DNA from: Candidatus Scatocola faecigallinarum
Lineage (GTDB): Bacteria; Pseudomonadota; Alphaproteobacteria; RF32; CAG-239
NCBI GenBank assembly: GCA_018713605.1
Contig: DVOM01000027.1
Span: 7,255-71,254 of the forward strand
Length of the DNA stretch: 64,000 bases
Reading direction: 5' to 3'
Every line of letters starts with the position of its first letter. The stretch's first letter is position 1. The position numbers and the translations under genes are program-made. The notes under the pieces are model-generated. The model was not told the DNA's origin. It made no database searches and worked only from the letters and a program-made list of their open reading frames with translations. Positions 8,083 through 16,470 of this stretch are shown in pieces.

Positions 8083-8748
8083 CTAAATTTCCTTATTGGC
8101 AAACTCTTTCAACGCCAGCCGGATAAGCGACGACACGTCCTCTGCCTGCCCCTCCGCCATCGCCTTGCTGACGGCACGATAGGCTTCCAGCCTTTGATAA
8201 CCGAGATTGACCAGCGCCGAAATCGCGTCTTCCATCAGATTCGGGTCTTCGGCGCACGCTTCCAGCCGGTCTTCGTAAGCGGCCGTTTCTTCATTTGCAT
8301 CCATGTCCATTCCTTTCGCAAAATCGTTGGTTTCTGCGCTCATCGGAATTGTTACAATCTTGTCTTTAAGCTCGGTGACGATACGCGCCGCCAGTTTCGG
8401 CCCCACGCCGTTCGCCCGCGTAAACGAGGTTTTGTCCTGCGCCGCAATCGCCTGCGACAGCTGGCTCGGCGACAGCGCCGACAAAATGCTGAGGCAGACC
8501 TTGGCGCCGACGCCCTGAACCTTGGTAAGCGTCGCAAACCATTCTTTTTCCCAGGCGTCGTAGAAACCAAACAGCGAAATGCTGTCTTCGCGCACGACGG
8601 TCTCAATCCGAAGCGCAGCCTCCTGCCCGCGCGACAGCCTGCCGAGCGTCTTGGCCGAGGCAAACACCAGATATCCGACCCCGTTCACGTCGACAATACA
8701 GAAGTCTTCACCGATTGTATCAATAATTCCGCGCAGTTTCGCAATCAT
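8083..8748 (-). CDS. ruvA: Holliday junction DNA-binding protein RuvA
   Basis: Start taken at MIAKLRGIIDTIGEDF (typical RuvA N-terminus). HhH motifs (VQGVGAKV, ANGVGPKLA). Located upstream of ruvB. Confidence 0.9.
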   Translation of the reverse strand: MIAKLRGIIDTIGEDFCIVDVNGVGYLVFASAKTLGRLSRGQEAALRIETVVREDSISLFGFYDAWEKEWFATLTKVQGVGAKVCLSILSALSPSQLSQAIAAQDKTSFTRANGVGPKLAARIVTELKDKIVTIPMSAETNDFAKGMDMDANEETAAYEDRLEACAEDPNLMEDAISALVNLGYQRLEAYRAVSKAMAEGQAEDVSSLIRLALKEFANKEI

Positions 8749-8841
8749 GTTTCCATCCTGAGTTAAAAAATTTACCTCAAGATTATACAAATATATAATT
8801 CTCTTCAAGTTTTATTTAAGACATAAGAACAAAAAAAGAAC

Positions 8842-8880
8842 AAAAAAAAACGGTCAAATACCATAAAAGGTACTCAACCG
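8842..8880 (-). terminator. Intrinsic terminator after the orphan gene 8894-9484
   Basis: On the minus strand CGGTTGAGTACC-TTTTAT-GGTATTTGACCG forms a 12-bp stem (three G-U pairs), followed by T9. Confidence 0.7.
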
Positions 8881-8893
8881 TCTTCAATTTCCG

Positions 8894-9484
8894 TTAGCAA
8901 GAACGTTCTTGTTCCTGACAAACTGTTCCTTGGACTTTCTGTTCCGGCATACCATCTTTCAGGCTGTTAACAAACCTAATGGTAAAAACATTTCTGGCTT
9001 CATCCATAACCAACATTTCGCCTGCAGGAATATCGCCTTCTTCCTCAACAAACATCTCCAACATGACCATTTTTGACAAGAACTTAAAGCGATAAGTACA
9101 TTTTCTTCCGGCCTGAAAAAACTTGGTTTTAGCCAATGCTTCGCAATATTGCCGAAAAGAAACATGTTCCTCTTTTAACCCCTTAAAATGTGAATAAACC
9201 ACCCGCAAAACCATACTTCCGAAATCCACCGCCTCACCATAATTTGTGTTTTGACGCAAATCATCCTGAATTTCTGTAACATACGTGCAATGCCCATAAA
9301 GCCATAGCAATCGATACAAAATCCATTCCTGCATTTTGGGTGAAACAGCCAATATCTCAGCAACAGTCATATCTTCAGGAGATTTTGGCATTTTTACATT
9401 CATCTCTCTGGCAATAACTTCAGCCAGTCTCAGTTTAAAGCGAAAATTATTTTCACCGATAAACTCTGCTAACTTTTTTTCCAT
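8894..9484 (-). CDS. Hypothetical protein (orphan, visibly lower GC than its neighbours)
   Basis: Start taken at MEKKLAEF (Met 28 of the 223-aa ORF), which removes the overlap with the upstream gene. I recognise no motif. Codon usage is AT-rich compared with ruvA and ruvC. Confidence 0.5.
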   Translation of the reverse strand: MEKKLAEFIGENNFRFKLRLAEVIAREMNVKMPKSPEDMTVAEILAVSPKMQEWILYRLLWLYGHCTYVTEIQDDLRQNTNYGEAVDFGSMVLRVVYSHFKGLKEEHVSFRQYCEALAKTKFFQAGRKCTYRFKFLSKMVMLEMFVEEEGDIPAGEMLVMDEARNVFTIRFVNSLKDGMPEQKVQGTVCQEQERSC

Positions 9485-9527
9485 AAAAAACAAAATTATA
9501 ATTACACAATAGATACTCAAAAACCTT

Positions 9528-10211
9528 TTATTCAAACCGGCGCAGATATTTTTGCCAATCCTCACACCCCAGCTCTCTGAAAAATTCTTCTAAAAACACA
9601 AACATTACCTTATGTCTGATTTCGGCTTCCCTTTTGCCGCTCTCCGTATACATCAGCCCTTTAAGCCGCAGAAGTTTTTCAAACATATGGTTAACCGCCG
9701 TCTCTTCGTTTTTGCCCTTGCTCTGATAAGCCTCCCGGCTCAGGTTTTCGCGCGGAAACATCTCCGGATCGAAAAATCTGCCGCTGCCCGCAACCGCATT
9801 AAACACGATTGTCCGCACAATGCCGACGGCGCCCATCGCGTCCAGCATGTCGGCATCCTGAACAATATGTCCGTTCTTGTCAAGTTTCTGCATACCGCTT
9901 AAATATTTGCTGTATCCCAGATTTGACACGATTTCCAAAACTGCGGCCGCAGTCTTACCGTCAGCGCCGCTCTCGTCCAGAATCCGGCGGGCATTTGTCA
10001 GCTTCGCGGCGTTCTCCGGTCCGAAAACCTTATAGTCGTCGCAGTCATGAAGCAGCGCCGCCAGTGCCACAATGTCTTCATCGCCGTTCTCCGTCCGGCA
10101 CAAATGCAGTGCCGTCTTGCAAACCCGGACACTGTGTTCCCAGTCGTGCATCGATTTCTCGTTTCCGAGCAGTTCCCGAACTGCCGCAGCAGCCTTTTCC
10201 CTGACACTCAT
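9528..10211 (-). CDS. HD-domain phosphohydrolase (YedJ-like)
   Basis: 227 aa. H...HD signature (WEHSVRV ... AALLHDCDD) and a downstream DADMLDAMGA motif. Its start codon overlaps the ruvC stop (ATGA). Confidence 0.75.
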   Translation of the reverse strand: MSVREKAAAAVRELLGNEKSMHDWEHSVRVCKTALHLCRTENGDEDIVALAALLHDCDDYKVFGPENAAKLTNARRILDESGADGKTAAAVLEIVSNLGYSKYLSGMQKLDKNGHIVQDADMLDAMGAVGIVRTIVFNAVAGSGRFFDPEMFPRENLSREAYQSKGKNEETAVNHMFEKLLRLKGLMYTESGKREAEIRHKVMFVFLEEFFRELGCEDWQKYLRRFE

Positions 10212-10699
10212 TTAAAACCCCTGATGCTGTGCGCTCCGTGAAAACTGTTATGGCAAATGGCCGCCGCCAGCGCGTCGGAAGAGTCGTTGTTTTTCGGCTT
10301 ACAGCCCGGCAGCAGAATTTTTACCATCGTTTCTACCTGCCCCTTTTCGGCATGGCCCACCCCGACCACCGCCTTTTTAATCTGGTTCGGTTCATATTCG
10401 GTCAGCGGAATCCGATAAGTCGCCGGCGCCAGAATAACGACGCCCCGTGCCTGCCCGAGCTTAATCGTCGATACGGCATTCGAATTCAGAAAGACCTGTT
10501 CTATGGCTGCCTCGTCCGGTTTGTAAAACTCAATAACGTCGCAGAGCGTCTTATAAATCGTATAAAGCCGCTCGGTCAAATCTGTTTTCGGTTCGGTTTT
10601 GATAAACCCGTCGGCCACATAGCGGACACGGTTGTTTTCGACTTCAATAATTCCCCAGCCGGTAGACGACAAACTCGGGTCAAGCCCCAATATCCGCAT
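10208..10699 (-). CDS. ruvC: Crossover junction endodeoxyribonuclease RuvC
   Basis: Start taken at MRILGLDPSLSSTGWG, which contains the first catalytic Asp. RuvC-type RNase H fold. Confidence 0.9.
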   Translation of the reverse strand: MRILGLDPSLSSTGWGIIEVENNRVRYVADGFIKTEPKTDLTERLYTIYKTLCDVIEFYKPDEAAIEQVFLNSNAVSTIKLGQARGVVILAPATYRIPLTEYEPNQIKKAVVGVGHAEKGQVETMVKILLPGCKPKNNDSSDALAAAICHNSFHGAHSIRGFK

Positions 10700-10759
10700 T
10701 TTCTTTTCCTTATTTAAAATGAATAAGGGCACATTCCGCAAAGAACGTGCCCCGAAAAA

Positions 10760-11521
10760 TCAGTCTTCGGAAGCTTCCAAAGCCCTCATAACCTCATCCG
10801 AGAACTCGGCGTTGTGGTAAACTTTCTGAACATCGTCGTCATCTTCCAAAGCGTCGACAAATTCCAGAAACTTCTGCGCGGTTTCCAAATCGCTGATGTC
10901 GGTTTTAACCGTCGCTTTCCAGTCCAGACGCGAGGCCGAAGGCGTGCCGAAAGCTTTTTCCAACGCTTCGGTAACCGCATTCAAATCCTCGGGAACCGTT
11001 TCAATCTCATGTGCATCTTCGTCGGAAACCACATCATTGGCTCCGGCTTCCAGCGCCGTTTCAAACATTTTGTCGGCATCGGTCGCATCGGCCGGATATT
11101 TGATATAGCCGATTCGCTCAAAATTGAAAGCCACCGAGCCGCTCTCGCCCATAACGCCGCCGCGTTTTCCGAAAATGGTACGGACATTGCCGGCCGTCCG
11201 GTTCTTGTTGTCGGTCATTGCTTCGACGATAACCGCTACCTTGCCGGGGCCAAACCCCTCGTAACGGGCCGAAACATAATCGTTGCCGCCAGCCGTCTGG
11301 CTCGCTTTGGCAATGGCGCGTTCAATATTGTCTTTCGGCATGCTCTCGGCACGGGCGGCCTGAATGGCCAGACGCAGGCGCGGGTTTTTGTCGGGTTCCG
11401 GCAAACCACTCTTGGCGGCAATGGTAATATCACGGGCCAGTTTGGCAAATACGCGCGCCTTTTTGGCATCCTGGGCACCTTTACGATACATGATGTTTTT
11501 AAACTGGGAATGTCCAGACAT
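10760..11521 (-). CDS. yebC: YebC/PmpR family DNA-binding transcriptional regulator
   Basis: 253 aa. N-terminus MSGHSQFKNIMYRKGAQDAKKA is diagnostic of the family. Confidence 0.9.
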   Translation of the reverse strand: MSGHSQFKNIMYRKGAQDAKKARVFAKLARDITIAAKSGLPEPDKNPRLRLAIQAARAESMPKDNIERAIAKASQTAGGNDYVSARYEGFGPGKVAVIVEAMTDNKNRTAGNVRTIFGKRGGVMGESGSVAFNFERIGYIKYPADATDADKMFETALEAGANDVVSDEDAHEIETVPEDLNAVTEALEKAFGTPSASRLDWKATVKTDISDLETAQKFLEFVDALEDDDDVQKVYHNAEFSDEVMRALEASED

Positions 11522-11627
11522 ACAAAATCTCCTTAAAAATCCAAATTCTTCATTTGATTAAGGCCATATATACGCTAAAGCCGTTTTTTCCGCAACATTT
11601 TTTTGCAAAAAATAACACCTTTGGCAC

Positions 11628-12398
11628 TTATTTAAGGATAATGTAATCGAGCTTTTCGTTCGTTGCCTGAATAACCTTGATGCCGACCCCGTTCAGATCA
11701 AGAATGCCGCCCGGCTGATACGGATAGGAAACATTACGGAAATAACCGCTGTCGCCGTCTGCCTTGCTGTAATCCAGCAGCGTAAATTTCAAACGTCCCA
11801 GATTCAGCCCTTCATATTTAATGTCAAAACCCTTGACCGGTTCGGTCTGCACGCTTTTGGAGGTTGTAATCTGCACCATTTTGAAATTGTCCGGATACGG
11901 AACAAAATCCGTTTCCAACAACGCCAGACGCCCGTTGCGGATTTGGCCGATGCGGTTGTAGAAAGTGCCGTCCCGACGAACCAGCGCCACAAAATTTTTC
12001 AGTTTGGTGTCAATCAGCACAAAATCCGTACCGTCAATCGTCACTTCGCCGACAGCCCGCACCCGCTCGCCTTTCTGATACGCTACCGGAACCGATCCGC
12101 AGTTCAGCACGCCGTCAACGTTGGCGGTCAGATATTCGCTGCGGTAAATGTCCTTACGGTAAATTTTGGTGTCAACCACCGTATAACCGGTATAGGCTGT
12201 CAGAATAACATTGTGTTTAAAGTTGTTTTCCTCAACGTAGTCGGAACTGACCAGCTCGTTGTCGTCGCCGTAAAAGGAAATCGAATAGGTGCTGAAGTAT
12301 TCAATAAACGTGTTCCTGAAACCCAGGACATCGTGGTTTCCCGCGCTGAAGCAGGAACTTAAAGCCAGACACGAAACCAAAACCGCCAATTTTTTCAT
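11628..12398 (-). CDS. Lipoprotein of unknown function
   Basis: 256 aa. Signal peptide with lipobox LALSSC. No recognisable catalytic motif. Confidence 0.55.
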   Translation of the reverse strand: MKKLAVLVSCLALSSCFSAGNHDVLGFRNTFIEYFSTYSISFYGDDNELVSSDYVEENNFKHNVILTAYTGYTVVDTKIYRKDIYRSEYLTANVDGVLNCGSVPVAYQKGERVRAVGEVTIDGTDFVLIDTKLKNFVALVRRDGTFYNRIGQIRNGRLALLETDFVPYPDNFKMVQITTSKSVQTEPVKGFDIKYEGLNLGRLKFTLLDYSKADGDSGYFRNVSYPYQPGGILDLNGVGIKVIQATNEKLDYIILK

Positions 12399-12490
12399 CG
12401 AATAATCTCTATTTTAGTGTTCAATAATTTTAATTAATATACTATAATCCGCCGTTAGTAAACAAATGATTATAACTTATTAGGAACAAT

Positions 12491-13372
12491 TTGATGACGG
12501 ATAAAAGCGGCAGCTGCCGGGTCGTAACCTTCGCCCCGGTCAAAAGTCTGGACGATTTCACTCAGGAACGGCTGGAAGAATTTTTCGACGTCGTTTCGGT
12601 CGATTACACCGACGACGGCTTGGAAATTTACAAAGGCTATAAAAACGCTTCGTTTAAGGAAGAGGAACTGGCAGCATTCATTGCCGCAAACGGTCTCGAC
12701 CTGCCCGCCTGCACGATTGAACTGCTCGAAAGCGCCAACTGGCTCAAGGACTATGTCATTCAGTTCGCGCCGGTTGAAGTTGAAGACTTTCTCATTTACG
12801 GCGTTCACGAAAAGAAAGCGCCGCAGACCGACAAACTGGCCATTCGCATTTATGCCGCCACCGCTTTCGGTTCAGAACACCAGACCACCAAATCCTGCCT
12901 CAGGGCACTCAGCGAGCTCAACAGAAAAAACGTGCCGCACACCCGTATTCTCGACGTCGGCACCGGCTCGGGAATATTGTCGCTGGCCGCTGCCAAACTT
13001 TGGCGCGAAACCGCGCAGATTACCGCCGTGGACATTGACGAAGAAGCCGTCATCGTTACCCGCGGCAACGCCGAAGACAACGGTCTTGAAAAATTCATCA
13101 CCGCCGGCGTCAGCAACGGCTATCAGTCCGAACTGATATCGAAAAACGCCCCCTATGACATTATATTTGCCAATATTCTGGCCCGCCCGCTGATTGAAAT
13201 GGCGCCCGACCTGGCTCAAAATCTTAAACCCGGCGGTTTTTGCATTCTGTCTGGCTTTGTCGGCGATCAGGAAAACTGGGTCATCAAAGCGCACGAAGAA
13301 CAGGGGCTTTCTCTGGTAAAAATATATGAAATGGACAACTGGCGCGCCGCACTCATGGAGAAAAAAGCATGA
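12491..13372 (+). CDS. prmA: Ribosomal protein L11 methyltransferase PrmA
   Basis: 293 aa (TTG at 12491 or ATG at 12494). SAM loop ILDVGTGSGILS. PrmA-type N-terminal domain. Confidence 0.8.
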   Translation: MMTDKSGSCRVVTFAPVKSLDDFTQERLEEFFDVVSVDYTDDGLEIYKGYKNASFKEEELAAFIAANGLDLPACTIELLESANWLKDYVIQFAPVEVEDFLIYGVHEKKAPQTDKLAIRIYAATAFGSEHQTTKSCLRALSELNRKNVPHTRILDVGTGSGILSLAAAKLWRETAQITAVDIDEEAVIVTRGNAEDNGLEKFITAGVSNGYQSELISKNAPYDIIFANILARPLIEMAPDLAQNLKPGGFCILSGFVGDQENWVIKAHEEQGLSLVKIYEMDNWRAALMEKKA

Positions 13373-15096
13373 CGCTCAAAGAACTGCAGACAGCCGTAAA
13401 AAAAAGCAAACTGAACGCCTATATCGTTACCCGTTCCAATATGTTCATCGGGCAGGATCTGCTTGACGACGAAAATCCGCTGCAGGCGCTGACCGGGTTC
13501 AGCGGCTCGGCGGGAACCTTGGTCGTCACGCCCGACAAGGCCTTTCTGCTGGTTGACGGCAGATATGAGATTCAGGCGGCCCGACAGACGAACCCGGACG
13601 AAGTCAAAATAATCTGCGGCCGAAACAATTTGCTTGCCCAATGCCTGACCGGCCTTTTCGGCGGCAAGCCTGCCAAAGTCGGTTTCAACAGCTTTACCAA
13701 CGCCGTCCGAGGCATCGAGCGGCTGGCCGAACGTTTTCCGGACATAGCTTTCATCCCCGACACATCGCAAATCTTTGCCAACAACATCTTTGGCCGTCCC
13801 TGCCGGGTTTTTGAACACAAAATCGAATTTTGCGGCGTCGGGCGCAACGAAAAAATCGGCGGCATCAGCAGCCGTATCGGTTCCTGCGGCTGCGACGCTT
13901 ACCTCTTCACGGCCGCCGACAGCGTTTCCTGGCTTTTAAACATCCGTTCCGACGCGCTCCCCGACACGCCGCTGGTCCGTGCCTACGCGCTGTTGGACAA
14001 AGACGGACGCATTACCCTGTTCGGCGACAACCTGAACTTTGACTTCGAACCGGCAGACTTCGGGGTCGAACCTCTGGCCAAACTTCCCAGAGCTTTGAAA
14101 GCATACAAAAACAAAACCGTCGGCTTTGACGCGGAAACGACGCCGTATTTTTTTCGCCAGCTGTTTGCCGAACGCAAGATTGCCGAGCATCCGCTGGAAG
14201 ATTTCTGTCAAACGGCCAAAGCCGAAAAAAACCCGGTCGAAATCAGCGGAATTGAAGCGGCGCATTTGCGCGACGGCGTCGCCATGGTTCGTTTTCTGCA
14301 CTGGCTGTCCAGCAACTGGCCGGGAAAAACCGAACTTGACGTTGTCAAAAAACTGCATGATTTCCGCGCTCAAGGGGAAAACTACTGGTCAGAAAGTTTC
14401 GGCACCATTGCCGCCGCCGGCCCGGACGGCGCCGTCGTCCATTATCAGCCCGCTGCCGAAACCGACCGGAAACTGGAAGAAGGCTCTCTGCTTCTGCTCG
14501 ACAGCGGTGCACAGTATTTCGACGGAACGACCGACATTACCCGCACCATCGCCCTCGGCACGCCAAGCCCGGAAATGTGCGACAACTTCACTTTGGTTTT
14601 AAAAGCACATATTGCCCTGGCTTCACAAAAGTTTATCGACGGCACCGACGGCATGTCGCTGGACAAGATTGCCCGCAGCCCGATGTGGAACGAGGGCAAA
14701 GACTACAAACACGGCACCGGCCACGGCGTCGGCTGTTTTCTCAATGTCCACGAAGGGCCTCAGAATATCGGCATGTACAGCTCTTCATATCCCCTGCGCA
14801 AAAACATGATTCTTTCTGTCGAACCGGGATATTACCAAGAAGGCGCCTATGGCATCCGCATCGAAAACCTTGTCCGGGTTGCCGCCTGCGAACAGACTGA
14901 TTTTGCGAAAGATTTTCTGGAATTTAAAATTTTGACGCTCTGCCCCGTTGATAAACAACCGGTTAATAAATATTTAATGAGCAGCGGAGAGATATCCTGG
15001 CTGAACAACTATCACAAACAGGTTTATGAACGGCTCTCGCCGTTCCTGAACGCAAGCGAAAAGAACTGGTTAAAGGATGCCTGCTCTCCGCTGTGA
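13369..15096 (+). CDS. pepP: Xaa-Pro aminopeptidase (M24B, aminopeptidase P family)
   Basis: 575 aa. Creatinase-like N-domains and a pita-bread domain with DITRT, HGTGHGVG and SVEPGYY metal-ligand motifs. Confidence 0.85.
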   Translation: MTLKELQTAVKKSKLNAYIVTRSNMFIGQDLLDDENPLQALTGFSGSAGTLVVTPDKAFLLVDGRYEIQAARQTNPDEVKIICGRNNLLAQCLTGLFGGKPAKVGFNSFTNAVRGIERLAERFPDIAFIPDTSQIFANNIFGRPCRVFEHKIEFCGVGRNEKIGGISSRIGSCGCDAYLFTAADSVSWLLNIRSDALPDTPLVRAYALLDKDGRITLFGDNLNFDFEPADFGVEPLAKLPRALKAYKNKTVGFDAETTPYFFRQLFAERKIAEHPLEDFCQTAKAEKNPVEISGIEAAHLRDGVAMVRFLHWLSSNWPGKTELDVVKKLHDFRAQGENYWSESFGTIAAAGPDGAVVHYQPAAETDRKLEEGSLLLLDSGAQYFDGTTDITRTIALGTPSPEMCDNFTLVLKAHIALASQKFIDGTDGMSLDKIARSPMWNEGKDYKHGTGHGVGCFLNVHEGPQNIGMYSSSYPLRKNMILSVEPGYYQEGAYGIRIENLVRVAACEQTDFAKDFLEFKILTLCPVDKQPVNKYLMSSGEISWLNNYHKQVYERLSPFLNASEKNWLKDACSPL

Positions 15097-15107
15097 GTTT
15101 CAACACG

Positions 15108-15584
15108 ATGCGGAGAAAAAAGATGATAAAACTTCTGTGGGCTTTTATGATTATGGTTGCGCTGGCCATTCCCCTGCATGCCGAACTGACATACGAAGGG
15201 GCTTACAACCCGAACCAGAATCTGCAGGAATATTTCGACGAAGCCTATCCGAATTATGACAAGCCGATAATTTACGTCTTTTTCAACAACGATCCCTGCT
15301 TCCAGTGCCCGCAGACCATTGAACTGATAGAACAGGTCTACAACCGGAACTATCAGAACAAATACAGCCTGTTTCTGATTAATTACCAAAATGACGACGA
15401 ATATAACTTCATCGAAACCTACGACTTGAATCAGCCGTTGGAGGTTGTTCTGGTCGACGTCGCCGACGGACAGAGCATCGGCTACAAGAAACTGGAGAAT
15501 CTTCAAAACCAGATTTCCGATCCGGTCAGTTTTTCGGAAAACCTCCAATATCAGATAAACTCCTTTTTCAACGGGGAAGACTGA
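15108..15584 (+). CDS. Secreted thioredoxin-fold-like protein
   Basis: Signal peptide MIKLLWAFMIMVALAIPLHA. CFQC redox-type motif in FFNNDPCFQCPQTIELIEQVY. Confidence 0.5.
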   Translation: MRRKKMIKLLWAFMIMVALAIPLHAELTYEGAYNPNQNLQEYFDEAYPNYDKPIIYVFFNNDPCFQCPQTIELIEQVYNRNYQNKYSLFLINYQNDDEYNFIETYDLNQPLEVVLVDVADGQSIGYKKLENLQNQISDPVSFSENLQYQINSFFNGED

Positions 15585-16413
15585 TGTCCGCCGCTCTCCC
15601 GGCCGGAGGCTGTTTCCTGATAATGACGCAGAAATCCGTCATCTCGTTTGTAATCCGCATTTTTGCCAGCCGGCGCTTTGAAAAACAATCCTTCGCAAAA
15701 ATAACTTCGGCATTGTACTGCGCTTTCAGCCGGCTGAAAATATCCCTTCCGTAAGCCCGGACATGGTCATGTTGCCCATAGTATTTTTCCCGCTCTTCCG
15801 GTGACGTGATTGAATTGTCCTGAAAAGTTTTTTCCAACCCCATATAGACGGGGAAATTAAGCAGAAACAAGCCTCCCGGCTTCAAGACCCGCAGCAGCTC
15901 GGTCAAAAACTTGCTCTCGTCCATAATGTGTTCCATAACCTGATTGCTCAAAACGACATCAAACGTATTGTCGGCAAAAGACAAGTTCGTAACATCCTCT
16001 TTCCGGCAGCGGCAGAATCTGTAACGCTCGGGCGACAAATCCATCGGCACATAATCAACAAGCGGATAACGCCCTATCAAATCACAGATACACTTTTCCG
16101 GAGCCGTATGCAAAACACGTATCGGCTTACGGGTATTCAAAAAATATTTCTTATAAATAAAAAACAGGAACCGGTGCCGTTCCAGCGAACGGCAATAAGG
16201 ACACTTGACCGCGAACCGGGGCTTGCCGACCATATCCATAAACCGGCCGTAGCGATTGCAGACCGGACAAAAATAAACGCCTCCCGTCAGCGGACGAAAA
16301 TACTTTATTTTTATTCCGAATATCGTAACGACCCGATGATATTTTTCATTTTTTATCGAAAAAAAGAACCGCAGCAGCTTTCGCAACATCACACACTCCA
16401 CCCGGGCAGACAA
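15568..16413 (-). CDS. Class I SAM-dependent methyltransferase with N-terminal zinc ribbon
   Basis: 281 aa. CPVCNRYG...CPYCRS, then a Methyltransf_11-like core (FDVVLSNQVMEHI, LKPGGLFLL). The N-terminus carries the HRVVTIFGIKIKYF motif. Confidence 0.75.
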   Translation of the reverse strand: MSARVECVMLRKLLRFFFSIKNEKYHRVVTIFGIKIKYFRPLTGGVYFCPVCNRYGRFMDMVGKPRFAVKCPYCRSLERHRFLFFIYKKYFLNTRKPIRVLHTAPEKCICDLIGRYPLVDYVPMDLSPERYRFCRCRKEDVTNLSFADNTFDVVLSNQVMEHIMDESKFLTELLRVLKPGGLFLLNFPVYMGLEKTFQDNSITSPEEREKYYGQHDHVRAYGRDIFSRLKAQYNAEVIFAKDCFSKRRLAKMRITNEMTDFCVIIRKQPPAGRAADISLPR

Positions 16414-16470
16414 ACTTGAATCATGAAAATCAGCACATTGAAAACATATACTTTTTCTCTTAACTAAGCC

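Noticed and set aside
6888-8126. 412-aa plus-strand ORF opposite ruvB. There are similar long antisense ORFs opposite rnd (38040-38963), ispA (39918-40841), mltG (46391-47326), fabF (47698-48594), lgt (44008-44889), aspS (36303-37205), xseA (52648-53550) and the GRE (29188-29886).
   Set aside because: Each lies antisense to a gene with unmistakable conserved motifs. The translations are Arg/Gly/Ala/Pro-rich low-complexity strings with no motifs, which is typical of shadow ORFs in GC-biased coding DNA.
13267-13818. 183-aa minus-strand ORF spanning the prmA/pepP junction. Also a 160-aa minus-strand ORF at 21795-22277 opposite the GT2 start.
   Set aside because: Both are antisense to well-supported genes and lack motifs or RBS.
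15024-15548. 174-aa minus-strand ORF overlapping the thioredoxin-like gene.
   Set aside because: The plus-strand ORF has a signal peptide, a CxxC motif and start/stop coupling to pepP. The minus-strand translation is low-complexity (V/F/Q-rich) with no start context.
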